The translations under genes were made by a program, and so were the position numbers. The notes under the pieces were generated by a model, which worked only from the letters and a program-made list of their open reading frames with translations, made no database searches and was not told where the DNA came from. A stretch of DNA of 62,413 nt, the filler included, from Atractiella rhizophila (taxonomy: Eukaryota), in NCBI GenBank assembly GCA_021432655.1. It is 26 parts of 26 records of this genome, joined end to end, with 100 filler letters (N's around TTAATTAATTAA, not from the genome) between each part and the next. Parts side by side here need not be neighbours in the genome. Positions count along the whole stretch, not along the records: positions 34,021 to 36,321 come from MU272718.1; positions 36,422 to 38,719 come from MU272719.1; positions 38,820 to 41,114 come from MU272720.1; positions 41,215 to 43,504 come from MU272721.1; positions 43,605 to 45,886 come from MU272722.1; positions 45,987 to 48,268 come from MU272723.1; positions 48,369 to 50,649 come from MU272724.1; 19 more parts are not named here. One strand, 5' to 3'. Numbering within the stretch: position 1 is the first letter of the stretch; each line of letters opens with the position of its first letter. This document shows positions 35,005 through 49,030 of the stretch, one piece after another.

Positions 35005-36321
35005 GATGTGTAGCCTCGAATGTGAGTTCTTTCTGTGGCCCCCTACACCTCAGGAACAACCCAGACCACTTGGAATACAGTCTCCAAATCGATTTCAGCC
35101 CCTTCAGGTCGAAGAAGAAGAAGAAGAAGAAGACAGAGAACGGTCTCTAGACCCTCTACAGCTCATGCCTGAACGCCCTAGGACACCCCCACCTTGTCAG
35201 TCACCATGCAGAGAGATCCTTAGACAGGAGTTCACATGCCTAGATTCTCAGAGTCTCCAGATCCCCTCCAGATCCACCCGACAACACAGATCGACCTCCT
35301 CCAGCAGCTTCGACACCTCTCCCTGTCACCAGGCCTTCAAGAATTTATTCTAAAAGTAGAGGACGACCTGTCAACAGATTTAGGACCCCAGAAGCACCTC
35401 AGAACAACAATGAAGGGTCAGCAGATGAGCTTGGGATGTTGGTGAAGGAATGTGACATCCTCACTGAGCCAGAGGCAGTGGAATATGGCTATATGCTTGT
35501 CTCACAGCATGCCATGAGTGCAGCAACAGGAATAGAAGTCCCCCAGTCATATTCAAGAGCGATGGCAAGCCCTAATGCGAAGGAATGGCATGAAGCGACA
35601 GTGAAGGAGATTCAGTTGCACTTGGACAACAAGAGTTGGATTCTGGTCAAACCGCCTAAAGGAGAAAAATTGTTGGTTCTTGATGGGTGTTTGCGGTTAA
35701 GAAGAAGTCAGATGGTTCTATAGAGCGCTTCAAGGCCAGATTCGTCATCAATGGGTTCTCTCAATGCCCTGGATTCGACTACTTTGATACTTTCACATCT
35801 ACAGTCAAATAGGCGACACTTAGGACCATTCTTTCGCTCACTTGTGTCTTGGACATGGAGTTGGAGTCAGTGGATATCTCTACAGCATTCCTTAACGGCG
35901 ACATGGACACAGAAGTCTATGCACAACAACCAGAAGATCATCCACAGGGTCCTCCAGAGTACGTTCTCAAGTTAATCAAGGCCATCTATGGTACAAGGCA
36001 AGGAGGACGTCAATGGAAGAAGAAACTCGACAAGGAACTCGTCCATATGGGATTTAAGAAGATCAAGAGCGACTCTAGTCTGTGGATTTACTCGAAGGGG
36101 GACATCAAAGTCCTTGTCCCGGTCTCTGTGGATGATATTATGATCGCTAGCACATGCAAGGGTGCTGTAGAGGACTTCAAGAGTGAGTTAGGGAAGCGAT
36201 TCAAGCTCAGAGGCCTTGGACCAACAGAATTCCTACTTGGGGTTCATATTAGGAGGGATAGGAAGCGAAGAATGATGTGGTTGGATCAAGAACAGTATGT
36301 TAAGGACCTTCTAGAACGCCA
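35005..36321 (+). mobile_element. Decayed Ty1/copia retrotransposon, reverse transcriptase region
   Basis: PQSYSRAM..EWHEATVKEI..W..IVGS*WVF..RFKARFV..GFSQ.PG.DY..DISTAFLNG..LIKAIYGTRQGGRQW..VSVDDI (YVDD mutated); contains a frameshift and stops. Confidence 0.93.
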
Positions 36322-36421
36322 NNNNNNNNNNNNNNNNNNNNNNNNNNNNNNNNNNNNNNNNNNNNTTAATTAATTAANNNNNNNNNNNNNNNNNNNNNNN
36401 NNNNNNNNNNNNNNNNNNNNN

Positions 36422-37290
36422 CGTGCTGTTGGTGCAAAGACTTTATCGTAGTCTATTCCAGGGATTTGACTGTACCCTAGTGCCACAACACGAGCCTTAG
36501 GCTTTGTCCCCCTCAGGTAGTATCTTGTCAGAATACACCTATCTGCTACCAACGACTGACTTTTGCTTTGGTCGAGGATGCAGTTCCCACGTTTGGTTCC
36601 GCTCATGAGATGCTAGTTCTATGTCCATGGCTCCCACCCATTTAGGGCCTTTGGCAGCTTTGATATAAGAGGATGGAACAGTAGCATTCATGGCCCAGTG
36701 CAACAGCTTCTCTCCTGCAGCTGAATCACCAACTTGCATAGCCACCTCAATGTTGTGTTGCGTAGAACCATCATAGCTTAGCCTGCGAACAGGTTGACGC
36801 TGTCTTTGGGACCTTACTGCAACTTGAGGTTCATCTCTATCTCGCTCTAGAGTATCCTTGTGCAAACCGTCTCTGTTCTTCGGTTAGGGTTGCTATTGCT
36901 TCGTCCTTATGCACTGCTCGGTTTGATGCTGCTGATGGCAAAGGGGCTCGCCGTGGTAGCTGACGGAATCTCGCCTGTCGCCTCATTCTGATTCTTGGTA
37001 GGCTTTTGTTTGATTCCATACTCGATTCCGAGTCGGCTAATGCAGCTGGAGGGGTATGTGTGGCTGGTGCTGGAGGTATGTGACTGGTGCCGTTTCCGCA
37101 CGATCTGTCGCTGTATCTCTTCTGGGTTTGCCGGTGGTTGAACGTGCTTTGTTTGTTGCCTCGCGGTTGACTGCGACTGTTGTCGGTGAGAAAGTTCGTT
37201 TTTGCCTTGGTGGGGGTGTTTGCATATCGGATGGGATATAAGGTGGTGATATCTCTCGGTCTGATTCGTCGGACATGAGAGATGGTGTGT
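36422..37290 (-). mobile_element. Decayed Ty1/copia fragment (pre-RT linker and start of RT)
   Basis: VPSSY..KWVGAMDIELASHERNQTWEL..VVGSR*VY..KARVVALGYSQIPGIDYDKVFAPTA. Confidence 0.88.
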
Positions 37291-38330
37291 TGTGTTCATC
37301 AGCACTTGCTTTTCCAACACGAACATCTCCTCCTTCTCCCTTGCTCTCTCCTCCTTCTCTCTCAATCGCTCCTCTTTTTCCTTTCTTGCTTCCCTAAGGT
37401 CCGGCCCTAGGCTCACTTCTGACAGCTTCACAAGCGTATCTGCTACTTCTCTAACCGTCATAAGGCTCAAACGGTGGGTTTGGATAGTTCAAGGGAAGGA
37501 ATCCTTGAGTTTCTGAGCTAGTACAGGTTCATTCTGGTAATCGTCCCGTAGGGCCACGAATCGTGACTTGACTTGTAAGGCGTATGAGATGTGTTGTCGA
37601 ACCAACTGGGATTCTGGGTTCGATGGGTCGAGTGTAACCCTCTTTTCGAGTTCCTGTCCCTTGCTTCCGGATTCATCTATCAGTACCTCCAGTTCCTAAT
37701 CCTGCGTAAGACCTTGCTGAACCTGCACTCTTGGTGGTGCAAACGTCTCCTCTATCCATGTACATGCTTCTTCCAGCAACTGCCAACTTGTTCCGCGAAC
37801 CCTCATGTCCCTCATTCGTTGTTGAAGCGCTTACAGAACGTGATTGTCGGCCTGGAGCAATCTCTCCAACCCTCCATAGCCTTCATCAGGCTGTACCGTT
37901 CTACCTCCCTGACCTCTCCAACTTCATCCTCTCTTTCTACCATACTTCGAAATAACCCCCCTTCTGTCCCTTTCTGCTCCTTATGGCAGGCTAGGACGTT
38001 AGCCAGGAAACTCCTCAATTCCTCCCTTTTGCCGCTCCAAGCCGTAACGTTTTTAATGCTCACCTCCCTTTCCCTGCTCCGACATTCCTCTCTCTCTCTC
38101 TCTCTGTTCCTTATTATCCTTTCTTACTTCCCTTAACTCCATTAAAAGCATCATCTGCATTCTGTCTCCTCCTTCTCCTCCCCTATCACTCCTGATCTTC
38201 CTTCTCCTTGCTCCAGGTCCATCAGTAGTCTGGAAGTTGGCTTCCACATCGAGCTCATACAACATTGGACGAAATTTGTCTCTGCAGTCAAAATCATCAC
38301 AAACATCCATGCCGCCTCTTTATCACAACT
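37291..38330 (-). mobile_element. Decayed gag-like retroelement ORF
   Basis: Purine-rich interrupted ORF (SIKNVTAWSGKREELRSFL..., coiled REKEER segment) resembling gypsy-type gag starts (FxGxxxxLxxFL); it abuts the copia fragment abruptly. Confidence 0.4.
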
Positions 38331-39082
38331 TCAAAGTGCAGGTTCCTTCATGGGCGGCTTTTGCACTGGATTTGGGGAGCTCTACGTGCGGAACATCCCT
38401 GCTCTGGTTCGCCGTGTTCCAATGAGCCTGCATCAGCTTCTGCATATTGTTCCCTTGAGCAAGATTCTAGGAAGCCTAATGAACTTCACACAACTTCCTT
38501 TGGAGCGAAATCTAGGAACTGAGAAACACAAGCTGGGTTCACGAAGACTGCCATATGCCGAACTAGCGAATAACCTGATCCGGCGCGAACAACTGAATAT
38601 TCTCAAGCTCTACATTCCTCACGTTGACACCTCTCCTAAACCGACAAAAAGAACAAACACTTTTCCGCCAAATCACGGTCTAGGACATTTGATTCTGCTC
38701 TTGAAAGCGGCATCTTAACNNNNNNNNNNNNNNNNNNNNNNNNNNNNNNNNNNNNNNNNNNNNTTAATTAATTAANNNNNNNNNNNNNNNNNNNNNNNNN
38801 NNNNNNNNNNNNNNNNNNNTCTTTATCGTAAGAAAGATCAGTGCCCAGTGCAGTTGTGGTCTTTCGTGCTTCTTTCAGTACTGTTCATTTTACGAGGTTA
38901 TCTTGATGGAGCAATTCAGCAACAGTAGCACTCGAAGTGACTAGTAACATAGGTTTGTCTTGTGGATTATCCAAGCTGTAGGTCTTGTATTCTATCACAA
39001 TGTTGTCCAGGACAAAGTACATATTACTCATATTATAAACCAATCCGCTTTGAAGCACCTATTCACGAAACTTTTTCAAAAC

Positions 39083-40640
39083 TCAAGATGCATCTGTAAG
39101 ATGAGGTGAAGGTAGTAGGGGAGATCGTTTCTTGCTCGGCCCCTCCAGTTCTGAATCGGAATCGTCTTCCTTTCGAGGTCGGGAACGTTTGCGCTCTCCT
39201 GCTCCTGCAGGCGATCCATCCGGCGTGTCATACTTTCGCCGACTAGCTTGACTGTGCGGATTGGGCCTGAGCGAACCCGTGATCCTCCCGCTCCCCAACA
39301 AATCCGCCACCCTCACATTTGTCGGCGTTTCAGGCTCTGCAGGCACACCCAGTCGGGCAGCCTTCTCTTCTGAATTAAGCAACGACTTCCCCTTCCCCTT
39401 CCCCTTCGCCTCGACGGTCGATGGGTGAACAAAGAAGTTATGATGTTTTGTCGGTGGCCGCGGAGGTCGAGAGAGAACGGTTCGAGGACCAAAGACATCT
39501 TTATCTTTATCCTCTGTGGTCGCTCGAGTCGGACGAGGCTCCGTCATTGAGCCATTGGATGTGTTGGCGTGAGCTCGACGGCTCTTGAGCATTTCGAGCT
39601 CAACTTTGCTCTTTTGAAGCTCTGCTTGAGCGACCTTTTGAATCTCTGCGGGAGATGAACTGGGTGGGAGTTTGAGAAAGGAGGCGGTTTCCATATGTGA
39701 TCGAAGGGCATGAGGGGAGGAAAGGTGGTCCTGTGGAATATCGGGTCGATCTATCTCTTGAGCCTTTCGCGGAGATGAGACGGTTCGAAGATTACGGTTG
39801 GGACTGAGGTGAGCATCAGAATGAGGGGGCAACGAAGAAGGATTGAGAGGAGAGGATTGCGAGGTTGCAGTAGACTCGATCGGTTGATGTCGGTCTGGTG
39901 ATGGGGGTAGAGGTTGAGGAGTTAGTTGCGAGTGGGAGGACTGGGAGCAAGATTGTCAGAGAAAGGCAAGAAAACAATGCGGTGTTACGGACCTCGCCTA
40001 CTAACTCAGTTTCGTCCATTTCGGTTCCCAGGCTCAAGTTGATGGCGCGTTGTAGCGCTTCTTCTTCCGTCAGACCGCCGTTGACTTTCAAGGTTGATGA
40101 AGAGGCGACTTGATCCTCAATCGCTTCCTCCGCATCTGCATGTTCTACTGGCTCATCCACGTCAAGGAGGATGGAGACATAATAATTTGGTCCCCTTCTC
40201 ACGACCTATCGTCTGCCAATTATTCTCCAGGAAACACGCCAAAGAAAGACTAACATCGTCGGTAGTCTCCATGACCTGTCGCATCAGATTACTACATTCC
40301 TTCATTCCTCCCTCCATCGGTCCATCCGTCCCCAGCCAAACAGAGACCATATCCCTCTCGCATATTCGCAAATCGCGTATCCAAAATTCCAATCCCTTGT
40401 TCATGAGCTCAGCCGTCCCTGCATCCTCTTCTGAGCTACTCGCTTTAGAACGTCGTTGTAATGCCGTTTCTGCATGGGAGAGGATGCTTTCTAGAAGGTC
40501 GTAGAGAGAGTCCATGTGCTTTTGAAGGGTTTGGAGATGTTGAGCGGCACCCATTATGTCGCTGGAAGAAAGAGTTAGTAGAGTTTTTAATTGCCTCAGA
40601 AAGGCGAGGTGGAATAATGAGGCGGAACATTGAGGCAATG
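39083..40640 (-). CDS. Hypothetical protein with a ubiquitin-interacting motif and disordered C-tail
   Basis: Three long same-strand ORFs that can be joined by short introns; LTEEEALQRAINLSL matches the UIM pattern. Start uncertain. Confidence 0.55.
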
Positions 40641-41214
40641 AGCGAGCGGCTCCCTGCTTCGGAGAGCGAGGATGTAGTCAGTCTGTGAATGCTTGTATGT
40701 GGTTATCTGATAATATTATTGAATGACAAGCGGGAAAATAAAGGTCTTATTACAATCACATGTCTAATTGTAATTATATTCATGCGAGGCATTAACTCGT
40801 TCTGTCTGTGATGGTTTATTAAGATTGTCGACATTAATTAACCTCAGCCGTGTATTCGTCTCAAGGACCTCGTTTGCACAGATGAAAGTTCAAGCCATTT
40901 TATTAGCCCCCCAACAGATCATCAAAATGTTGCGTGAATATAGAACATTTCATTCTATCCGCCTTCGCAAAGACGAATTGAATATCATCTCGAACGCGCC
41001 AAATTAATCCACTTGATCTATTGGTGTGAATAACTGTGAATCAACATTTTGGCGTTGGAATGGTCGCGTCTTCAGGTTTGTTCAGCACAATTGGCAGAAT
41101 GGATAGAGAAGCATNNNNNNNNNNNNNNNNNNNNNNNNNNNNNNNNNNNNNNNNNNNNTTAATTAATTAANNNNNNNNNNNNNNNNNNNNNNNNNNNNNN
41201 NNNNNNNNNNNNNN

Positions 41215-42184
41215 TGAAAGGAAATGAGTAGGCAGTAACACACTCTTTGCAATAATATGCAATGTATAACTCTCCTTGAAGCGTCCTCCGATTGTAACCT
41301 TTCATATCCTTCGCTTTTTCAATACAAAAATGAGCGTAGAGCTCCCTCGTCTTCTCAGAGACCCAGGTGCGCTTACGGCGACCTTGCACCAGTAGTAAAC
41401 ATACGGCTCTTGAAATATGAGCGAAGTAGACTTATGGAAATCATTTTCATCATCAGAAAGGTCTGAATCTGAATCCAAAGCGGGATCATGAGGCTTCTTC
41501 ACCAACTTTCTCTTTGGGGCATTGATGGTAGGGGCAAGGTCATCCTTCTGAGAGCTGATTGGGGTTGAGGAGGAGGATTCAGAGCAAGGATTGTTCTGCA
41601 AAACCGGACCTTCTGCCTCAGCTTCAGACAGATGTCGTAGTGTGAATTCAACTCTGGATTGAAGATGGTGTTTGCTACTAGTCCAACAAGCGACTTTTAA
41701 AGGAAGACTTACTACAGAAATAACTTGACAAAAAGAACAAGGAAAGAATCTCAAAGTCTGGCGTAGAAGCCATCGGATGACGCTCGCGACAATCGTACAC
41801 GTAGAATATCACAGATAGATGGTTGGTGTCGAGCGTTGTTGGTCGTGAAGAGGAGGGGACGAAAGGACACTTGTTCGGATTCGAATTGAGATGAAAGAAA
41901 ACTAGAGGCGAGCGGTTGCGACTCTAAGAGAGCCCTGTCGATGTCCATGCAGCAGCTGGACGTTTGTGGTTGGGAAGGGTTGGTTGGATTGGACCGTTGG
42001 GGCAGCGGAGGAGCCTAGCACAGCACGGGTACCGGGCTGATGCTTGGATGATTTGCGCACAGTGTGGGTACAGCACAAGAGGTACCCGTCTCATGAAAAA
42101 AGCCAAACGGCTGTCACGTAACTCGTTGTAGGCGAGTACCCGCAACGTGAGTACCCGCGAATCCCGTACTTGTCGACACCTCTA
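41215..42184 (-). mobile_element. Left end of a hAT-like DNA transposon with the start of a BED-finger transposase
   Basis: Terminus TAGAGGTGTCGACAAGTACGGG (from 42184) fits the hAT YARNG start. GTACCCG subterminal repeats at 42082, 42136, 42151 and inverted at 42026. Downstream ELYAHF..YYCKEC resembles a BED zinc finger. Confidence 0.55.
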
Positions 42185-43604
42185 GGATGAGGTCAAGATA
42201 TTGAGGAGGACCATGCCTTCCATTAAGCCCCAGCTGGCCCCAGACAAGAAACAAGATATTCGCCAGTCTCCTACTTTCCCAACTTCTCTTCAAAGAATCT
42301 GAGCCTCTACAAAGACGAATGGGAAGTCGTCAGGCGTCCTGGTTCCCCTTCTATTGTATTGCCTGTAAAAACACATCTCCTATTCCTTCTTCTCCCAAAG
42401 CAACATTGCCGCAACTCGCGTCACCCGTCAAACCACATTCTCCTCACCCATCCGTCCTAGGCAGAGAGCAGTCATCCCAGTCTGTTGGAGATCAGTTCAT
42501 CTAAAGTACTCCTATATTGACCTGCCCTCAAACTCCTCATTTTGCCTTCCCATCTTGAGAATAGCTGAGGGGTCTATGTGCTCAAGTCTCTGTAAAAGCT
42601 GCAGTGCAAAACAGTTGGAGCTTGTGTCCTGGTCGCCGCAAACCTACCAGAAATTGTGTTTTCAAAGGGTGAGACTGGATCTTTACTGCCCTTGTCAAGT
42701 AAGGGCAGTGTTGGAGCTGTTTTCTCAAGCGAAGTCGCAGGGAAGACTGAATCCTCCTCATTGACGAAATTTACAACCTGAATGAGCATTAGAACTTCTC
42801 AGCCGCTTGTTTCCATCTGCTTCCATCGCCACTTGTTTCCTCTTGCTACTCAAACTCATTCGTAACTATATAAACGCTGCTCATGCCTCTGATCCAGGAA
42901 TACGAAGACATACAAAAACGACCACCATGGAAAAAATCTCTCCACCTAACTCCACCAAAACACCACCAGTAATCCTCACAATTCCACCCAACCCTCCACC
43001 ATACCATCCAACCCAGATGCCCACCCCTCCAGGCTCTCAGAAGGGAAGAGCCCGTGCCACCATCCCCTGTAAGGAACGTTGAAGTAGATTCTACTTCAAC
43101 GTGGGACCTGCTGCTAAAGGTCCCCTGGCTATGCTCCCAACACTGCTCTCGCTTCCTAAACTCCAAAAGCCAACAGATTCCTTGACGTGTTCATACCCAA
43201 TACTCGGGACCAGGACGACCTGACCAAAGTCCTACAACTCCTACGAGATTTCCTAGATGATACCCTGTCAAAAGTCCTTTCCTGAATTTCCCATTGATTG
43301 TGCAACAAATGCGGACAAATATCTACGAAATTTCCACATTTTTCGACTGACACGGCAACGCCTGCAGCAAAGCAAGTTCAGCTCTGGCTCAGTTGGGAAA
43401 CGTTGGAGAAATTAGGAATTTCTGGGGGCTGAAAGGGGCTGGCAAGAAATCAATGCTAATGTGAGCTTCTCTGTTGTTGAGCGCAGGGAGGAGGGGGTTA
43501 GTCGNNNNNNNNNNNNNNNNNNNNNNNNNNNNNNNNNNNNNNNNNNNNTTAATTAATTAANNNNNNNNNNNNNNNNNNNNNNNNNNNNNNNNNNNNNNNN
43601 NNNN

Positions 43605-44388
43605 GGGAACGAACGAGTTGCTGCCATCGAATTAGACTTGAAATGGGACGACATGAAGTTGAGAGAGTGGGCGGGAAAGTTGACGACGGAGCACAGTGAC
43701 TTGGATGGGATCATCCTGAATTCTGGGATTCAAGACATATGGGATTTGAGCAATCCTTCTACAATCGACATGTCCAGTCCGTGTCCCCTATCTGCTTTTA
43801 TAGGCGGTCAGGTATTGATGATGTAACAGGGATACGTACTGAGTTTCAAGTAAACTACCTTTCCTTCGTCGCGCTCCTTCTCTCCGTGTTGCCCCACTTC
43901 CAGTCACTGAAGACTCCTTCTCTCATCGCCACCGTCACTTCCGGCCTCGCCATAGAACCCATAACCACCGTCTTCAATTATTGTGCTTCCAAAGCGGCTG
44001 TTCATTCTTTCACCATGTCGCTTCGTGCAGATTTGAAGGCGACAGGCCATCGCGTTCGGGTAGTGGAGGTATTCCCTCCGTGCGTTCTCTTCCTCTTTTC
44101 AATGTATTTGACGTGGTTAACCACTCGATGCTTACTATGTGTAGTCTGACCGAAAGCGAATTGCACAATCATCAAGGCACTGTTCCAGTGCTCTCTAGTG
44201 CCTGGATGCCTCTCGACCAGTTCAACAAAATCCTGGTGCATCGGTTGACGGAGACGGATAGCGAGGAAATTGCGATTGGGACGGCAGAAAAGCTGTGGGA
44301 GGAGAGGGAAAAGGGGAAGGCTGAGAGCGTAGAGAAGTTTGCAAGGGGTATTGGCAGAAGGTTGTTGGAAACCGCAGCCACGTCGTAG
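43605..44388 (+). CDS. Short-chain dehydrogenase/reductase (DltE-like), 5'-truncated
   Basis: LDGIILNSGIQ, VNYLS, VTSGLA, NYCASKAAVHSF (YxxxK), VVEVFPP|LTESELH, MPLDQF; stop at 44388. Confidence 0.9.
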
Positions 44389-47300
44389 TTTCACGTCAAG
44401 CTAAGCTTCCAATTCTGCTTAGCTTTGCCTCAGGACGTATTATGAATGTGAATCAATATATTCTTCGACCACATATCCATCTCCTATTGAAAGTGCTCCC
44501 CCTCGCGACATTTTTGTTTGTTTGCAAAAGTGAAAATGAGCCTGTTCAGCTTGGAAGAGAGAAGTGTCTTGAGCCAATCCAACGTCTCGTATCCTAGGTA
44601 TGGTAATACATCAAGGGCTACTAGGAGTGCTAGTGCGGATTGGGAAGATCTGCCAACTGACCTGAAAAACGACACAGTTAGGCAATGGTGCCTTTGGATT
44701 TACTCTGTGTAGTTACGTGTTGTAAACCCAGAGGGAGCCATTAGAAATTTATTGTTGGCAGTAAATGTTCTTCACTGGCTCCATTTCTGTTAGGCCCTTG
44801 CTGGAACGCCAAGAGACAAAAGTATAAAAACATGGAGTAAGATTCCCGTTTGGAGGTTGGTGAATTGGTGACCAAGAAGTGAGCTCTGACAAACACACTG
44901 TTTGTCAAGAAAAGAGCATGTGGGAGTTCGACACCTTGTGGTTAACCACTAGACGACTCGGAGATGGGCGACAGCACGTTGCAAGGGAGGATTGCACATG
45001 TCGAGTCAAGATAACGAGAAGAGATACCAAGAAACGAGGGCTGTTCCTGCGGTATGACAGGAAAAGCAATTGTCATGTGAGCGTTGGGGATTTGCAAGCA
45101 AGGGTGTAATAGTGAACCCACGGTTGTGCCCACCAGAAGCCAATTGTTCGACATCTGCCTCCATGCAGCGGTCGTCAACTTAGTGTGAAATGTTGTCCCT
45201 TGCAAGAACGAACGTGGGAGGTTGCGATGTACAAACTAAGTAAGGGTAAAGGGGGGGGGGGCAAGGGGAACGTCGACGCACTTTTGCGAGAACTATGTGT
45301 TGTCGATTTCCAATAATGTTTGCACCTTTGCTCTTTCTCCAGAGCTCATTATCAAAATTGCATTTCCCAAGAAGACTGTGCGTCAAGCAATTTATCGGAT
45401 TAGATTTTGGTCTTGAAGAAGAGGAGGTATGGGAACCCGCAGAGGATCATGGATGCTCGTTATCATCTCCTTCTTGGTGAGTTACACTGAAGAATGAAGC
45501 GCGCTCCTCGGACTCGGAAGCTACGCCGTAGTTCCTCTCGTTGAAGACCACTCGCTTGAAATACGGTTGGTCTGAGAGCGATCGTCTGATGGTGCAATTG
45601 AGGCCACTGGCTGAAGAAGAGGGGAAACTTGACGGACGACGATATAGAGAGCTTTTTGCCATGGAGATGGATAGGTCGAACAAACGTCTATAATAATGAG
45701 TTGTTACGTTGTTGTGATTTTTGCTTACTTGTAACGATTACTTGACGAAATTAAATTTGTGTCAACAACGACATCGTTGCTCTATTCCTCGCCTGCCTCT
45801 TTTCTCCTCTCAAGCTCCATCTGCCAAATCAGCTTTTGCCTCGCCCTCTCCTCCTTCCTCTCCACCTCCTCACTCTCCTTCTTCTGNNNNNNNNNNNNNN
45901 NNNNNNNNNNNNNNNNNNNNNNNNNNNNNNTTAATTAATTAANNNNNNNNNNNNNNNNNNNNNNNNNNNNNNNNNNNNNNNNNNNNATAGCTGTGGCGCT
46001 GGTTGGCGTGGTGACTTGGAAAATTCTGCGCTCCCGACTCATTCTTCACCTTCTGGGAGGGATATAATTGGTATGCCCTCCTAGTTATGCATTTACAATG
46101 CCCTAATTCGTTCCGCTTTAATAACATGGCACCGCAACCTTTCTTCTACACTCATGGAGCCTCTGACTCTCTGTAATATCATGGATGACATTTCCAGTGG
46201 ATTGGTCGTGGCACAAGCAGCGATGTATGGTTTCAAGTGCCTCGGTCCACGTCATCTCCCACTGGGAGCAACAGTTAACTTTAAATAGGAGTTTGAAGAG
46301 TCATCGCCGCCGGCGTTTCTCCCCTTCCCAATCGTTCGACCACTTGTTCAATAGCCAGTGGCACGGTTGACAAAATTCACTCCCAATTGATTCAATGATC
46401 CGCTATTGGCCGGGAGATGACGGGAACATTTAGCAAATGCATAAAGAAGAAACCAGGCGAAGAAGTTGGTTTAAGATCGTTCTCTATAATAGGCGGATGT
46501 TGCATCGCTATACACATTACAATACAGGAAGAATTGGTTATCTCAGCTCGCTACAAAGCTGAACGTTTATGCCTTCTCAGGATTGTCTTCCTGGTGGTCA
46601 AAACTTGCAAAAACGCTGTAAGTAGGAGACCTCAGGAGGAAACCAAATGATGAAAGGCCGATGAAACTACACAGCTAACATCACCTTGCTACTTTCTCAT
46701 CTTGCAACACATTCTTCTCAAAGGAATGCCGCTTGCGAATAACAGACCTTCCTCGCAAACCCACCAAATGAAGCCATGAAAATTGCCCTCCTGATGTAGA
46801 AATGTAACCAACGGTGTAGAATGATTAAAGAAGGGAGGTCTCGTGAAAATATTGGATCAAGGACAACCATTTCATGAAAAGATCTGGCAACGTACCACCT
46901 ATTTGTGGATAGCTCGCGGTTCAACTGCACTTTAATATTGTGTGAAAAAGGGTTCGCTGAGCTCGGAAGATCCTCCAGGTTATAATCAAGAGTTGCCAAT
47001 GTTTGCCATTCGAAATGTCGAAGAAATATGTTCAGGTGGCACTGCCTAGAAGGAGCTCGAAGTCCAAAAAGAAGCTGGCCCTCTTGGCACGATAGAAAGA
47101 ATCTTTTGATTCTACTAACATGAAACCGTAGAGTTACAGTCCAATAATGTTCATGAGCTATAGGACCAATGTTACATCATTGTTCTTTCAACCGAAGATG
47201 CAAGTTTTGGAACTGTACGCAATTCGTAGAACAACTCGGATAGGCATTTTACATGGCTTTCGTCATCTGCGAACGACAGTATTCGAAAATCTCGGCAAAT

Positions 47301-49030
47301 AGGCTTTCGGAACCCTACGATTCACTTTAGATGGAGTAGTGAAGTAAATGCACTCCCCCATGTATCATCCAGCATTCTCATGTAACTTGGGGAAAAAAAG
47401 AGGTTGCAAGGCTCATGGAATGAACCAAAAGAAGCTGACCCTGCATATTTATGATGGCAAGAACACTTGATCCGCCATCATGAAACCAATAGGTGATGAT
47501 ATCCATCGTGAAGTTGGAAGCTACAGGACTGATTATACTTCATGATTCTTTCAACTCATCAAACAAGTTTAGGAATTGTTGCACGCGCTTTTCTGACTCG
47601 AGTTCACAGATCACTTGATAAAAATCTCGCTCGGACAAGGCAACGTCCAGCGGGAATGGCCAAGAAATAGGACTTTGTTCTGAGATGACTGTGCCAGTGG
47701 GAAGTATATCGTTACGGCGATGTTTTGATCCCATGAGTTACAACAACTCGACAAAAAGCCAGATGGCACTCCTAATCCGCAATGAATGTAGGTACGAACA
47801 GAGAGATAACTTATGTTCGTTCCAATCCGTCCTCGTCTCCTCCCTCCTTTCTACGGCAATACGCCACGTATGTGTCCAATCCAAACGAACGAATAGTTGG
47901 ACTGAGATAGACTGGGTTATAGATGTAGTCGGCCTACCCGATTACCCGATTTTTGATCAACAAACTTCAGACAGATACCCTCCATCAATATTTCACATTG
48001 CTTGACCAGGTGTTAGTTATTGACGTTGAGAGAGGAATACGCGGGTTCATAACATTTATAAGCACTGTCAAAAGCTGGTTTCAGGTCAACGTAGGAATGG
48101 ATGACTCCTCACGCCCTCCATCTTCAGACAAGCCCTTCCTCTCGTCTTGGGACCCGCCAACACCACTACCATCCTCTCCTCCGAACTCGCTTAGATTTCC
48201 TTCCAAATCGCCTTTGCACGACCAAGTGTCGTTTGACAACCTCACTCCCCTCCCTCCGGGCTTCTTGANNNNNNNNNNNNNNNNNNNNNNNNNNNNNNNN
48301 NNNNNNNNNNNNTTAATTAATTAANNNNNNNNNNNNNNNNNNNNNNNNNNNNNNNNNNNNNNNNNNNNGTCGTTGCACCAGTTATTTTTGTTTTGCTGAG
48401 AAATTGAGAAAACTAGCACTACAATAGCGGACGGTTCACAGCACCACGCTTTCCCTGATGGCTTCCTGTTACCCCGTCGCACTTTCTTGCAGGTTCGAAA
48501 CACGTGCCTTGTGAACTTGATCACATAACTGCATGACGCAGGGGAAGATGATCGGGAAAGTTTGTACAATCTAAGATCGAATAATTGGTTCCGCGAGCTT
48601 CCAGAAAGAAGTTGAGATGGAGCTGAGGAGGTGAGATGACAAGGCACTCCGCATCGTGCACCCCTCAATCTTCATGCTACGGTAGCATGGCGAGGGACTG
48701 GCGAAGAAGAGCCAGGATGCGGTGCTGCGCTGAGGACCGACGGTCTTTATCTGGCCTTCTGGCTCGTTGGCTTTTGCTTTGACCTTGCCTTGACAGTTTG
48801 AAAGGGGAGTTAACTCGCGTCGGAGCTCCTCATTAACCTTGAGTCATAATTTGAGATGGCACTGAATGAGAACAGCAGCAAGGTTAATGTTACTTCGATC
48901 AGAGGGGACACGACAGAGAACTTGGGATGCCCGAAGCCTTTATAAGGATCCCCCGCAAGTCATCATCTCTCCTATTCTTGCCTCTTTTTCTGATTCATCT
49001 CCTCTGTTGTCTCGCCCCATTTCCTCTTCC

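Noticed and set aside
42185..43290. C/A-rich interrupted ORF resembling a non-LTR retroelement tail
   Set aside because: No RT or endonuclease motif identifiable; composition alone is not enough.
47050..47530. Diverged ~360-bp duplication (CCAAAA(A)GAAGCTG..CATGAAACC twice)
   Set aside because: Similarity is patchy and no gene model or function can be supported.
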